This document shows positions 37,801 to 49,834 of a stretch of DNA of 62,713 nt, in pieces. A model generated the notes under the pieces. It was not told the origin of the DNA. It did no database searches and worked only from the letters and a program-made list of their open reading frames with translations. Each line of letters starts with the position of its first letter. Positions within the stretch are counted from its first letter, which is position 1. This DNA comes from Octopus sinensis. Taxonomy: Eukaryota. A program made the position numbers and the translations under genes. The stretch lies in assembly GCF_006345805.1 (NCBI RefSeq), contig NW_021831996.1, positions 1 to 62,713 on the forward strand, written 5' to 3'.

Positions 37801-38999
37801 TTCTCTCCTTGAAAATCATGGTCCCAAAGAATCTGGCCAAATATCAGAAATTAAGTTCTACAGATTGATGTAGATATCAAAGGCATAAACCAATGTCGTT
37901 TGTCTTGTCCTCTTTTCTTTTTAATATTTTGCTAAGCTTTATTTTCAAATTAGTTTTATTTTGTTCTGAAATAGCTTTTTCTTACAATAATGTATCTATT
38001 CATTCTCCAAATGTTCAAGCACATTCGAACGTGAATGCCTAATTGCTCTTGGTTTTCATCACCAAAGCACACCTCTTCTTTTTAGACAATGTATGTTCAC
38101 ATGTACCGTCTAAATACACACGATTCACCGGTGTTTCGACCTTGTTTTGTGTCTCCTTAGTCAACGCTATCCTGCCAGACTTATTTATCTAACAATCGCT
38201 TGTTAACAGAAATTAACAAAATTTGATAATGCATGCTAATGTCTACAAAACAGATAAACTATGGGTGCACACAGCACCGCTAGAATCCAGACAATAACAT
38301 ATCTATTTATTATTAATACCTTCGGGCAAAATCGACCACACAAAATCGTTGTTTCTGTTCGTCAACGGAAGACACCTACTCCCTTTAGATGTTGTGTGCT
38401 CGTAACAAATGATTCATTGGTATATATTTCATAAATGATTATCTTCTTCTAAATATCACGTATTGCACGGTTCTCTTGTTTGGGTTGCTCTTTTTTGCCT
38501 TCTATCTAACAGCGAATTTTGATGATCTGGTTGTTTGAATGTCGTTTAGCTATTCTACGTTTAACCTGATCGAACAGATCTGTGATTTAAAGAATTCTGA
38601 CCATACCTATCACGTCTTTGTACAGATATTATCGAAGATTAATATTATTTAAAGTTTTTTTCTTTCATTTTAAAATGGCGCGATACTTTTAACAGTATTT
38701 TTGCTTTGATCATTGATGTGTGAGTACGTTGTGATGGTGATGAGAAGATGATCAGGATAAAGTAAGAAATTATTCGCCTTGGGGCTACGTGTATAGAAGA
38801 GAAGGTGAGACTTGACGAAGGATATATATTGGTGTGAGTTGATATAGATTTTTTGATGTAAAGGAGTGCTTCTATTGTGTCATCCCATGCGTTAAGTATA
38901 TTGTTTGCGAATTAGTTTTATTGCTAGCAAGGAAGTAGCATCTATTGATGTTGAATCTGTGCGATATGCAATCTGGCGAGCCAGGCTGTAATGTCGGTG

Positions 39000-39070
<71 letters not shown>

Positions 39071-39845
39071 CGTGTGTGTGAGAGAGAGAGACAGATAGTG
39101 TCTGTATGTGTCTTCCCGCGTGTGTCTGTGAGTGTGTATCTAATACTTTGCTAAAAGATTTCGTGTTATTGAATTTTATGTATTTAGTAGCTGCATTTCA
39201 AGTGTGTTCTGGTGCTCTATTAGCTCAAAGAGTATTGTCTGTGATAGGTATGAGCTAGAAGAATGGTTTTATGTATGTATTACAAGGCATGATCATGCTG
39301 TTTGTCTAACTTTGTATGAGTGTTCTGCCTGTGTTGTAGCTGGTAGACTTAACGTGTCTCCTAATTTTACAGGAACACATCACGCTCCATCGATTATGTG
39401 TCAGTATTTTGAAGTATCAAATATTTTAGAAGTATCAAATATTGTTTCATATAGAGATGTCGCTCTTGGCGGTCATTGTCGTTATCGTCACTTACAGCAA
39501 TTTTTTTTAGCTGAACATATGGTGGACTTTTCCAAACATTGAGGCTGTGAACATTTCGCCTGCAGAATCCATACATTCTGAAGCGATATCCATTGAGTTG
39601 CAAATTCTAGCAAATCTAGTGGTCGCTTAGAGACACCTTTGTTGTCTTACTTGCGCTGTGATAGCTACCTGTCTGTCTGTCTTCCTGTCTACATGTGTAT
39701 CTATCTGTCTATATGCATATTAAGGTTTGATAACTACCATGTACGAATCTTTCAGCCTTTGACGCACTTTGTAACTTCTGCAGATTAAAAATATTAAATG
39801 ACTATCTATCTGTTTCTTAGTGTGTCTGTCTAGCTGGCAGTCTAA

Positions 39846-39885
<40 letters not shown>

Positions 39886-40661
39886 ATGTGTGTAGTGTAT
39901 ATATATATATATATGTATATATTCCCTCACTCTCCTTCTCCCCTCTCTCTCCCCTCTCTCCTACTTCCTCCCACCCAACTCTTCTCTCTTGCCCCGACTC
40001 CTACTTCTCTTCACCCCTACTCTCTTTCCCTCTTCTCTCTTACTCTCTTTCTCTCTTCTCTCTTTCTCTCTTCTCTCTTACTCTCTTTCTTTCTTCCCTC
40101 CTCCTCTCTCCCCTCACATACCCACCTTCCCCTCCCCCATAAGCCCACCCACCCCTAAGCATTCCTACTCCACCTTCCCTATCCTTCCCATCCCCCCATC
40201 CTATCCCACACACCCTCTCCCACATACCCCACCTCTGCCCCACCCTCTGCCTACCCATAAACCCCAACTCTACCCCAACCCTCAGCCGAACCCACACCCC
40301 ACCGGTGCTTTCCTCACTCTCGCTTCCCTCACCTCCCAGCAACATCACACCACACCACACTACACCATACAACATTACACATCACATCACAACACACCAC
40401 CCACACACCCATCCCCACATTTTCACACCTACACATACATACACGCACACATCCAGACCACCAGCCCTCTTTCACACGCACATACATACTCTCTTATACA
40501 CACACGCACCTTCGTGTTAGGGGGTCATCTTTACTTTGTTATCTCCCCTACTTCTTCCCTCTCGTGAGTGACTCTTCTGTCTGGCAGTCGCCATGATAGA
40601 TTGTTAGCCACTACACACATTGTTTTCTCTCCTTATTTCTCTCCTTGTTATTTTCTGTGTC

Positions 40662-40699
40662 CCTTTCTGTAGAAGAGCGTAGGCTCGAAACGTAAAAGA
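40662..40699 (+). ncRNA. Minimal hammerhead-like motif, family H7 (U6 variant)
   Basis: CCTTT CTGTAGA A GAG-CGTAGG-CTC GAAAC GTA AAAGA; stem III is the palindrome ACGT. Confidence 0.5.
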
Positions 40700-40804
40700 C
40701 TTTTTCTATTCCTGAGCGTTATACTAATACATCTGTTTGTTTTGTACACCACCTGTCTTCGTCTTTTGTTTTTTTCGTAAACTCTCCCTATATATATATA
40801 TATA

Positions 40805-41697
40805 TATAATTAATGTAGGATAAAATTTTTTCGGGAAAAAAATTTCATCAATGGCCAGCATATCAAAAAATACCTTTAAAGGTTAAATTTATAAATAATT
40901 TACAATATAAGGGCAAAAGAAAAATTCTAATGCCAAATATGCCGAAAAAAAGACAAAATTGTCAATTAACCATTATAATTTATGCGTCTCGAAACGAAAC
41001 GATAGACATTTCTAAAAAAATTCGTTATTACCGCATTGGACCAATTTCGGAATTAATTCATAAGAATTTTCTCCTCTTCAGCGGCAAATACGCGAGATAT
41101 AAGTGAAATACTTACTCAGACCCATGGAAAAAGCAAACACCAAGTCCTGAGCAGACCTAAGTACCCCAAATATATCCAAAATAGAAAATCTTCGGCACGT
41201 CTCGAGACACGTGTGATTCGAACTAGAAACTTTCACAGAGTGATAGAATACGGAAATTGTCAATTAACCATTATAATTTATGCGTCTCGAAACGAAACGA
41301 TAGAAATTTCTAATCCTACATTAATTATAAATTGAATAGTGTTCACTTCCGGATTCTATCACTGTGAAAGTTTCTAGTTCGAATCACACGTGTCTCGAGA
41401 CGTGCCGAAGATTTTCTATTTTGGATATATTTGGGGTACTTAGGTCTGCTCAGGACTTGGTGTTTGCTTTTTCCATGGGTCTGAGTAAGTATTTCACTTA
41501 TATCTCGCGTATTTGCCGCTGAAGAGGAGAAAATTCTTATGAATTAATTCCGAAATTGGTCCAATGCGGTATAACGAATTTTTTTAGAAATGTCTATCGT
41601 TTCGTTTCGAGACGCATAATTATAATGGTTAATTGACAATTTTGTCTTTTTTTCGGCATATTTGGCATTAGAATTTTCTTTTGCCCTTATATTGTAA

Positions 41698-41699
<2 letters not shown>
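40805..41699. mobile_element. Fold-back element, ~355-bp arms with one HHR-like motif each
   Basis: Arms 40898-41255 / 41347-41699. The spacer holds a direct copy of 40957-41006 and an inverted copy of 40805-40821. (TA)n on both sides. Confidence 0.9.
41508..41568 (+). ncRNA. Type I hammerhead candidate (H8); mirror copy at 41032-41092 (-)
   Basis: CTGAAGA, GGAG/TTCC, GAAA, TTG GTC; bulged stem I (G:C, then CGTATT/AATGCG). Confidence 0.55.
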
Positions 41700-41729
<30 letters not shown>

Positions 41730-41737
<8 letters not shown>

Positions 41738-42015
41738 AATATGTTACTTTACTCGGTAGTCAAGATAAAACTCTGAGTTTCAGATGCCGAAGTGGAAATC
41801 CACAACACCATCTCTTCGGTTATCTGGCTATTGAAAACGCTATGAAAAAATACCGTTAAATAAAAAGATGGTGTTGTGGATTTCCACTTCGGCATCTGAA
41901 ACTCAGAGTTTTATCTTGACTACCGAGTAAAGTAACATATTATTGTATAGATAAATTTCCTCTATTTACATAATATTGAGGTCTCTTTCTTTCTTTTGTT
42001 ATCTTACCGTTTTAT

Positions 42016-42017
<2 letters not shown>
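41730..42017. mobile_element. Minimal fold-back derivative of the H1 PLE pLTR
   Basis: 84-bp arms 41730-41813 / 41866-41949. Complete H1 motif at 41764-41824 (-). Near-identical to 10755-10880. Confidence 0.9.
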
Positions 42018-42082
<65 letters not shown>

Positions 42083-42085
<3 letters not shown>

Positions 42086-42882
42086 CGACCTTGCTACTCA
42101 TGTGCTCTCTCAACGAGATACCAAGCATTGACCTTCCATGGCTCTTTGAGCCGTTACCATCTCTGCTCTTCTCTCTTTGTGGTAGCCCATGTTTCACTAC
42201 CATATAACATTGCAGGTAGAACTGTGCTGTTGATGAGGTTGGCACGGGTGGTCCTTTCTAACCTTCCCTTGAACACATCCCTTATGCCATTAAACGCCTT
42301 CCATCTGGCCCTTACTCTCCGTGAGATCTCCTTTTCGATATCTCGGCACATATTCACTTCCTGTCCCAGGTAGACATATTCCTTTACTTCTTCTATTTCA
42401 TCACTGCCGATCACCATTCGACCTGTTTGTACGTGTCTGACCGCATGAACTTCGTTTTCATGCGGTTTATCTTGAGACCTACTGCAGAGCTTTTGATGTC
42501 GAGCTCCGTCAGCATGGTCTGAAGCTGATCCGTGGTTTCAGCGGAACGGAGGTGGGTGAGGAGCTCGCCATTGATGTTGACACCGCCTTGCCAGTCGATG
42601 CCTCTGATGATCTGCTCGAGGTCATCAGAAAGAAGTAACACGCAGCAAGTTTAGATGGGCTGGACACCGATTCACCGATAATCGGTGGACCCGCGCAGTT
42701 GTTGAGTGGTACCCGCGCGAGCGGAAACGACCACTCGGAAGGCCTCCACGACGGTGGAGTTACGATTTCAGGAGGACGATTGGGATCACATGGATGAGAA
42801 AGGCGCGATCTAGAGAGGAGTGGACAGCGTGCTGTGACCAGCGGTGTCAAATGGACGCCCGACGGACTGGTCGGTCAAGGTG

Positions 42883-42884
<2 letters not shown>
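42083..42884. mobile_element. RTE-clade LINE with inverted 5' segment, in (TA)n
   Basis: 42083-42620 on minus (LEQIIRG..MLGISLREH); 42617-42884 on plus (..RSKFRWAGH..CAAGGTGAT tail). Confidence 0.9.
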
Positions 42885-42921
<37 letters not shown>

Positions 42922-43241
42922 AATACACTAACTGGTATACCCGGTAATTCCCGGGGATAAAGATGTTCTATTGAAATGCCTTATTAGTCTGATATAAGAA
43001 AGCAATTTCGTTATAACTGCCACAAAAGGTGTATTTTCCGTCACGAAACCGTACAAAAACTGCTAGCTGGAGAAGGGAGAGATTGTTGGAGGTTGGCGAG
43101 AGATGTTTTTGGAGGTTGGTGAAAAAGATTGTCGGAAGTTGTCGGAGTTTGGCGAAGGAGGTTGTTGGAGGTTGGCGCGAGAGGTTGGCGATTGGAGATG
43201 TTGAAATATGTGTAATAATGCAATGTGTAAATTAATTCCAG

Positions 43242-43305
<64 letters not shown>

Positions 43306-43845
43306 ACTGTTTAGATATTGAATTAGAATAGACATTCATCAAAATGTCGTCTGAAGTGTAAATAAGCAAAAAATATTATGATTTGTAAAATAAGTATAAC
43401 TGATACAGGGTGTCATGAGTCAGTGTGGTGTGGAAGTTTGGTTCCATTTTTTAAGAATTTTAAGCATTCAAAGTATGAGTTCATTGTACTGGGACAAACT
43501 TATGAAATATTTTGTGGAATGAAAAATGTATGTACTATCATGGTAAAATTTGAACCACTACAAATACGTTGTGGAAAAAAATATCTACTGCCATTGAGGA
43601 AGTGTAACAGTAAAAATGTAGAATTATCGGAGTAATGCGCATTCAAAAAAGTATGTGTGTATGGAAATGTATGAATGATTCAAATTAAGGAAGTGCAATA
43701 ATAATGTTTATCAGTTCAAAACTGTATCAGACAGATTATATTCAGTGTTAGTACCGTCGAATAAGTATTACGTTGGTGGAGAGATATGTTCAATTCTTCC
43801 AGTGCCTTCGAATTTAATATTTTTAATATTTAATATTGCTGGAGT

Positions 43846-43927
43846 CCCATGCTGATGAAGAAAATGGTTGGGTAAAGTATAATTCTATATTCTTTATACC
43901 GATCTCATTCCGAAACGCGTACATGGG
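43846..43927 (+). ncRNA. Type I hammerhead ribozyme (H9, solo)
   Basis: Stem I CCCATG/CATGGG, CTGATGA(A), long imperfect stem II, GAAA, palindrome ACGCGT, GUA site (43919-43921). Confidence 0.75.
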
Positions 43928-46185
43928 TGACCAGATATAGTTTGATTTTCGTTATTTTTCCTCTCTGCCTGCGCGGATTGTTTTCAAGTATTTTGGTTTT
44001 TCTGGGAGTCCCTTTTTAAAGTAGAAGAAATAGCTAAAGTTTTTTGGCTGCTATTTCTAAACTTCGGTATGTGGTGCTCAAAATGCCGATAATTGTCTAT
44101 ACACATGTACATACATACACTCATAGACAGGCAAAAAGATAGCTAGCTTAATAGCTATCTATCTATCTATCTATCTTAGACAGAAATATATCTTAGATAG
44201 ATAGAGAGAGAGAGAGGAGAGAGAGAGAGAAAGAGAGAGGAGAGTGTGATATGTTATCCACAATACATCGTGAATCAGAAGTAAAATTAAATGTTACAAA
44301 CATTGCTTTGGGTGAAATAAGAACAATGTAAAAGCATTCCTTGTACATACATACATACATATATATATATATAGATCCATACATACATCCGTACATACAT
44401 ACATACATACATACATACATACACACACAACATATACGTATGCATGCACAAATATGTATGTACATATGCATGTATGTATGCGTATATAAATATATGTATG
44501 TGTGTGTGTGTACGTATATATGTGTGTGCGCGCACACACACACACACATACAGGTTAGAAACAGTTATGGACTGGATGAGATGAACATCCCCCATCGTAT
44601 GAAGTCTCCCTAAGATCGGCACTACCACCCAAACAGTGAGACGACGTAAGTATTCCAATTACTTCAACTTGATCTTCGCATTTAAAAGTAATTACGTTTA
44701 AATTAAATGATAGTCTATCAAGAAGCTTTCAAAAGGCTCTTGAAAATCATTTTATCGCGCCTCTACGAAACGAATACCGAATTACTAGAACGAAACTCAC
44801 CCTATCTTATGGAATGGTTTAATTCATACCGCTCTCTTTTGTAACTGTATTTTTGTTTATTTTCAAGTTTTGAAAATAATGAAAAATTTAGCAATTAATT
44901 GTCATTATTAAACTATTGTTCGGGACATAAATTAACATAAAATTTTGATGGAAGATCTAAATTTATCCGCTTTAAAACAGAAATTTTGTATCATCAAGCC
45001 AGGGAGGTTTCGAGCGGATTTATTCATTCCTGCTACTATCAGCCGCCAACATTCTTATAATGAACCTCTACGAAGTCGTTCTACCTTCTAAATACCACAT
45101 TCCACTGTTTTTGAAAAGAAGAAACTGGTTAATGAGGTCTTAGGTTTTCTATCGGGAAAAGACAGAATGGTCACGAGTGGAATGCCTTTGATGCTGTGAT
45201 TCGCAAGTGTCTAAGACACTTCATTCAGTTTATCGATTTAGACGGGCTTGTGGAGGTCATGTTTAGTCTTCCTTCCTCCAGACCAATAAACATAAATAAT
45301 TGTTAGTGTTTCATAATAGAAGATGCTTTTAGAACTGATAAAATAAGTATTAAGAATAGATTTGGTTCAATTGCTTAATACTTATCTCCTTTAAAATAAA
45401 TAAACTTGTGACTCATTAATAAAATCAATGTGTATAAATAACTTGCATTTTTAGTGGCTTAAAACACGTCTTATACATTATATATATTGATGTTCATTGA
45501 TAACGAATATAATGAATATTTGACACTGTACAAAAAAACAAAGATTTGTTTTTAATTTTTGAGTCTTAAACATAACACGCACCCGTGGCTGTGTGGTAAG
45601 AAGCTTGCTTCCCAACTACATGATTCCGGCTTCAATCTCACTGTGTGTCACATTGGGCAAATGTCTTCTACTATAGCCAAGGAACAATCAAAAACTTGAG
45701 TGGATTTGGTAGATGGAAACTGAAAGAAACCCGTCATGTGTGTTTGTGTGTGTGTGAGAGAAAGAGAGAGAGAAAGAGAGAGAGAAACCGATGTTGGTGT
45801 ATTTACGTCCCTGTAACTTAGTGATTCGGCAAAAGAGACCGATAGAATAAGTACTAGGTTTAACAAAAAACAAAAAAATAAGTATGGGACCGATTCATTC
45901 GACTAAAAATTCAAGGTAATGTCCCATAACTGAAACAAGTAAAAGATAGAAGAAAAGCTTTACTAAATACGTAAATAGTATTCACTCTTCATAAGAATTA
46001 TTTATTACTTCCCAATTAAGAAAGAAACTATTATAGAACGGAAGTTTTTAATTGTAAATATACGACACAAGATAGATGGTCCCTAAACAGACTTCAAATG
46101 TTAATGGTGTAACAAGAAATATGCTGTGATCGTCTTATACAAATATACAAGTTAATGAACATGTTGTGGGACAATGACCCTTCTT

Positions 46186-46235
<50 letters not shown>

Positions 46236-47619
46236 CATATGCCCAACAATTACAAACTGATTAACATATATATAGGATGCCTAAACACTGGGACAAGGAA
46301 ATCAAGAAGTCTTCTTGAAATAGAAAATAATGTCCATAGTCTTATGTAAATTAAATTAACTGATGCTGGTCATTCGTGAAATTGTGAGATTATCATATTA
46401 ACTTTAATCACATGACTGTTTCATCTCATATTGTTCAAAACGGAATTTCTGTTTGTTCTGTTTGAAGTCATTTAAAATGAATTTCATGCAAAGGATTTAT
46501 AACTCGAAGTTTTAATTTGAAGGAAAAGGAAAGAAAAATTGCGTGTGAGAAAAAAATTTGTACTCTTGATTCAGTTTTAAACATCCTTAAATGAAGACCT
46601 TTGTTGAGGCTTAACTCTTATACTAACAACATTCATTGTTGGTTGCATGGTTAATACTACCTTATATGAAATTGCTCTTGGTATAAAAAAATTCTTTATT
46701 TCTAACTGTGGATGTTATCTTTCGTATGACGAGGAGTCTTGGGAATATATTTTTGTTTGTGACGAAGGCAAGCAATCCGAAACTTCGAAGTCACTACCAA
46801 ACTTTTTCCCTCTAAAAGTTTAATAAATATTTATTCGCCTAAAATATTGAGTTATCTTTCAGTTTCATGTTAAATTGTTTTCTATATACAACTTGATATA
46901 AAACCAAACATTTAGGTAAATGGAGACGTGTGTGGATGGTGCGTAAAAGTGTGCGTATGAAAGGAGAGAAAATATATGTAAAAGACAGTCTATCTGCTCT
47001 CTAACCTTTCTCTGTTTCTCCTCTCCTTATAGTCTTTAGTTCTCTCTGGCAAACGACTTCTCCCTCGTTGCCGAACAGTCATTGTGTATTGCAAGAAGTT
47101 TTATTTGTACAGTTCTGGATGTTAAATTTTAGAACGAAGTGTTGCTTTCTAAGTCTTCCTTTCATTTCCCCGTCTTCCGGTATGTCCATTACGACGAATG
47201 TAACTTAGACCTTCGATAAATATGAACGAGAAAATAAATACCAAACTAAATTAAGCACCGTTGTCAAATGATCGACTAAAACGTTTGGAAGTGATGCTCC
47301 AGTATTGCTGTAACCCTCCCCATCTCTCTCTCTTCCTCCCTCTACTTGAAAACAGTAAAATAATATAACACCAATAATACACTTGCTCCATTTTTATATA
47401 TAAGCATTCAAACAGAAAGCAAATGCAATGTCACGCCCGTTTTCATCCAAGATACAAATAAATACATGGCATACATACAATATACAAACATGATCATCAA
47501 AGATAAAAAAATTAAAACTTTACAAAATACCATTTATAAAATCCACACTTGGAACGATATTTAGTTTCTCCGTCACAAACGAAACACAACGTACAGAAAT
47601 ACCCAAAATAAAACAAATA

Positions 47620-48331
47620 TTCCTTCTACTCTAGGCACAAGCCCGAAATTTGGGGGGAGGGGTCCAGTCGATTAGATCGACCTCAGTACGCAACTGTGGA
47701 GGCACATGGCCTAATGTTTAGAGCAGCGGACTCACGATCGAGGGATCGTGGGTTCGAATCTCAGACCGGGCGATGTGTGTGTTTATGAGCGAAACACCTA
47801 AGCTCCACGCGGCTCCGGCAGAAGGTAATGGCGAAACTTCTGCTGATTCTTTCACCACAACTTTCTCCCACTCTTTTCTCTTGCATCTTGCAGCTCACCT
47901 GCGACGGACCGGCGTCCCGTCCAGGTGGGGAACCTATACGCCAAGAAACCGGGAAACCGGCCCTTATGAGCCAGGCATGGCTCGAGAAGGAACAAACATT
48001 ACGCAACTGGTACTTAATTTATTGACTCCGAAAGGATGAAAGGCAAAGTCGACCTCGACGGAATTTGAATTCGGAACATAAAAACAGACGAAATACCTAT
48101 TTCTTTTACTACCCACAAGGGGCTAAACACATAGGGGACAAACAAGGACAGACAAACGGATTAAGTCGATTATATCGATCCCAGTGCGTAACTGGTACTT
48201 AATTTATCGAACCCGAAAGGATGAAAGGCAAAGTCGACCTCGGCGGAATTTGAACTCAGAACGTAGCGACAGACGAAATACCGCTAAGCATTTCGCCCGG
48301 CGTGCTAACATTTCTGCCAGCTCGCCGCCTT
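47620..48331 (-). mobile_element. SINE A dimer interrupted by another SINE
   Basis: Tail-1 monomer 48098-48331; tail-2 monomer 47620-48097. Confidence 0.85.
47697..47999 (+). mobile_element. SINE family C-related, with V-like domain and a different tail; 10-bp TSD
   Basis: TSD TACGCAACTG at 47687-47696 and 48000-48009; head GGAGGCACATGGCC..GGGTTCGAATC. Confidence 0.85.
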
Positions 48332-49601
48332 CCAAAATAAAACAAATATTAATCAACATCAGGCATTCTCACAGACTAATAGATTGGAACATAGACGAGT
48401 ACTTCAAGAAAATTAACGAAAAACACACACCTATTAAAAATATGTGTATCGTATTAATCATGAGTTAACATTACACCGTTTATTGAGTACTCTCTTCATC
48501 TTTCGGTGACAAATAGTAACATTAGAACAAACATGCATACACGCGCACACAAACTTAACTCATATACATACATATATCACTATATTGTATTGAATACACG
48601 ATTATCTTCTAGTTTTATCTTATTTATCAAAATATTTTCATAATTTTCACGGGAGTTTCTTGAAATATATTTCGAATAATAAATATTCTAAATCCAACAT
48701 TAATACTCTTAGATCTTCACAGTTTCGTCTTCAGTCTGAAGTGATATATTGCTGTCTTCAAAAAATATTAGAACCATCTTAACAATAACAAGCTACAAGC
48801 ATGTAAATGTATGATTAAGCTACTAATAACCAATGTAAATTCGCTTGCAAACGTAGTAGTTGTAGTTTTCACAACTCCAACTGTTATATTGATCATACAA
48901 ACATTCACTGACCAGTCCACCAAGCTCACTAGCGGCAATGCACTATTTCATGCGACACAAAACAGGAAAATAGCAGATAACATGTCTACACAAAACCAGA
49001 CTATTATGAAAGAAACACAATATGAATTAGTGAAAAAATGAAAATAACCATCTGACTGATGACGTATAAATGTAATAGTAAAAATTAAAATCCCCATGGT
49101 AACATATATATCTACTACATTGGTTCTGTCTACTATAAATGGACAGCAACCTACGTTGATATCACTCCTGAAGATAAGACTGTGAAGTTCTTAAAATATT
49201 AAGATTTCAAGGAAATTATGTGAAGAGGTTTCGATGAAAAATAAAATTGGAGTAGTCTTGATATCAAACCAACATACAAACATGTGTACGCGTGTGTGCG
49301 TGTGTGTGTGTGTGTGTGGGCGTATGTGAGTGTGTTCAAACGTTGCAATTTTTTTACCAAATAATGGAAAATGGTGTAGAGTATAAGGTTCGTTAAAATT
49401 GTGCTTTTTCTTGCACTTTTGGTATTCGGGCTTATTTTGTATACATTTTATAGATTGCTTTCTGATATTGCTTTATTAGGGTGAATTCTATGTCGTCGTC
49501 TTTCATTGGCTAATTCATCGGTCGTCCTGTTTTTGCTTGTAGTTTTCTGTTTGAGTAATATTGGCACAATTGTGTATTTCAGATATTCGGTATACATACC
49601 G

Positions 49602-49834
49602 AGAAGGCGGCGAACTGGTAGAATCGTTAGCGCGCCGGACGAAATGCTTACCGGTATTTCGCCTGTCGCTACGTTCTGAGTTCAAATTCCGCGAAGTCGA
49701 CTTTGCCTTTCACCCTTCCGGGGTCGATTAAATAAATACCAGTTACGCACTGGGTCGATATAATCGACTTAATCTGTGAGTTTGCCCTTGTTTGCCCTCT
49801 CTGTGTTTAGCCCCTTGTGGGTAGTAAAGAAATA
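49602..49834 (+). mobile_element. SINE family A with 13-bp TSD
   Basis: TSD GGTATACATACCG at 49589-49601 and 49835-49847. Confidence 0.9.

Noticed and set aside
38324-38405. Peptide GKIDHTKSLFLFVNGRHLLPLD vaguely like ATG8/ATG12
   Set aside because: Short, no splice sites or flanking homology; probably chance.
39496-39606. 111-nt AG/GT-bounded open segment on the minus strand with a strong GTAAGT donor
   Set aside because: Weak polypyrimidine tract, two open frames and no recognisable peptide; not enough for a call.
48722-48745. CTGAAGA-C-GAAAC on the minus strand
   Set aside because: No stem II at all.
49165-49205. CTGAAGA TAAGA..TCTTA motif
   Set aside because: Stem II is present but G12, stem III and stem I are not.
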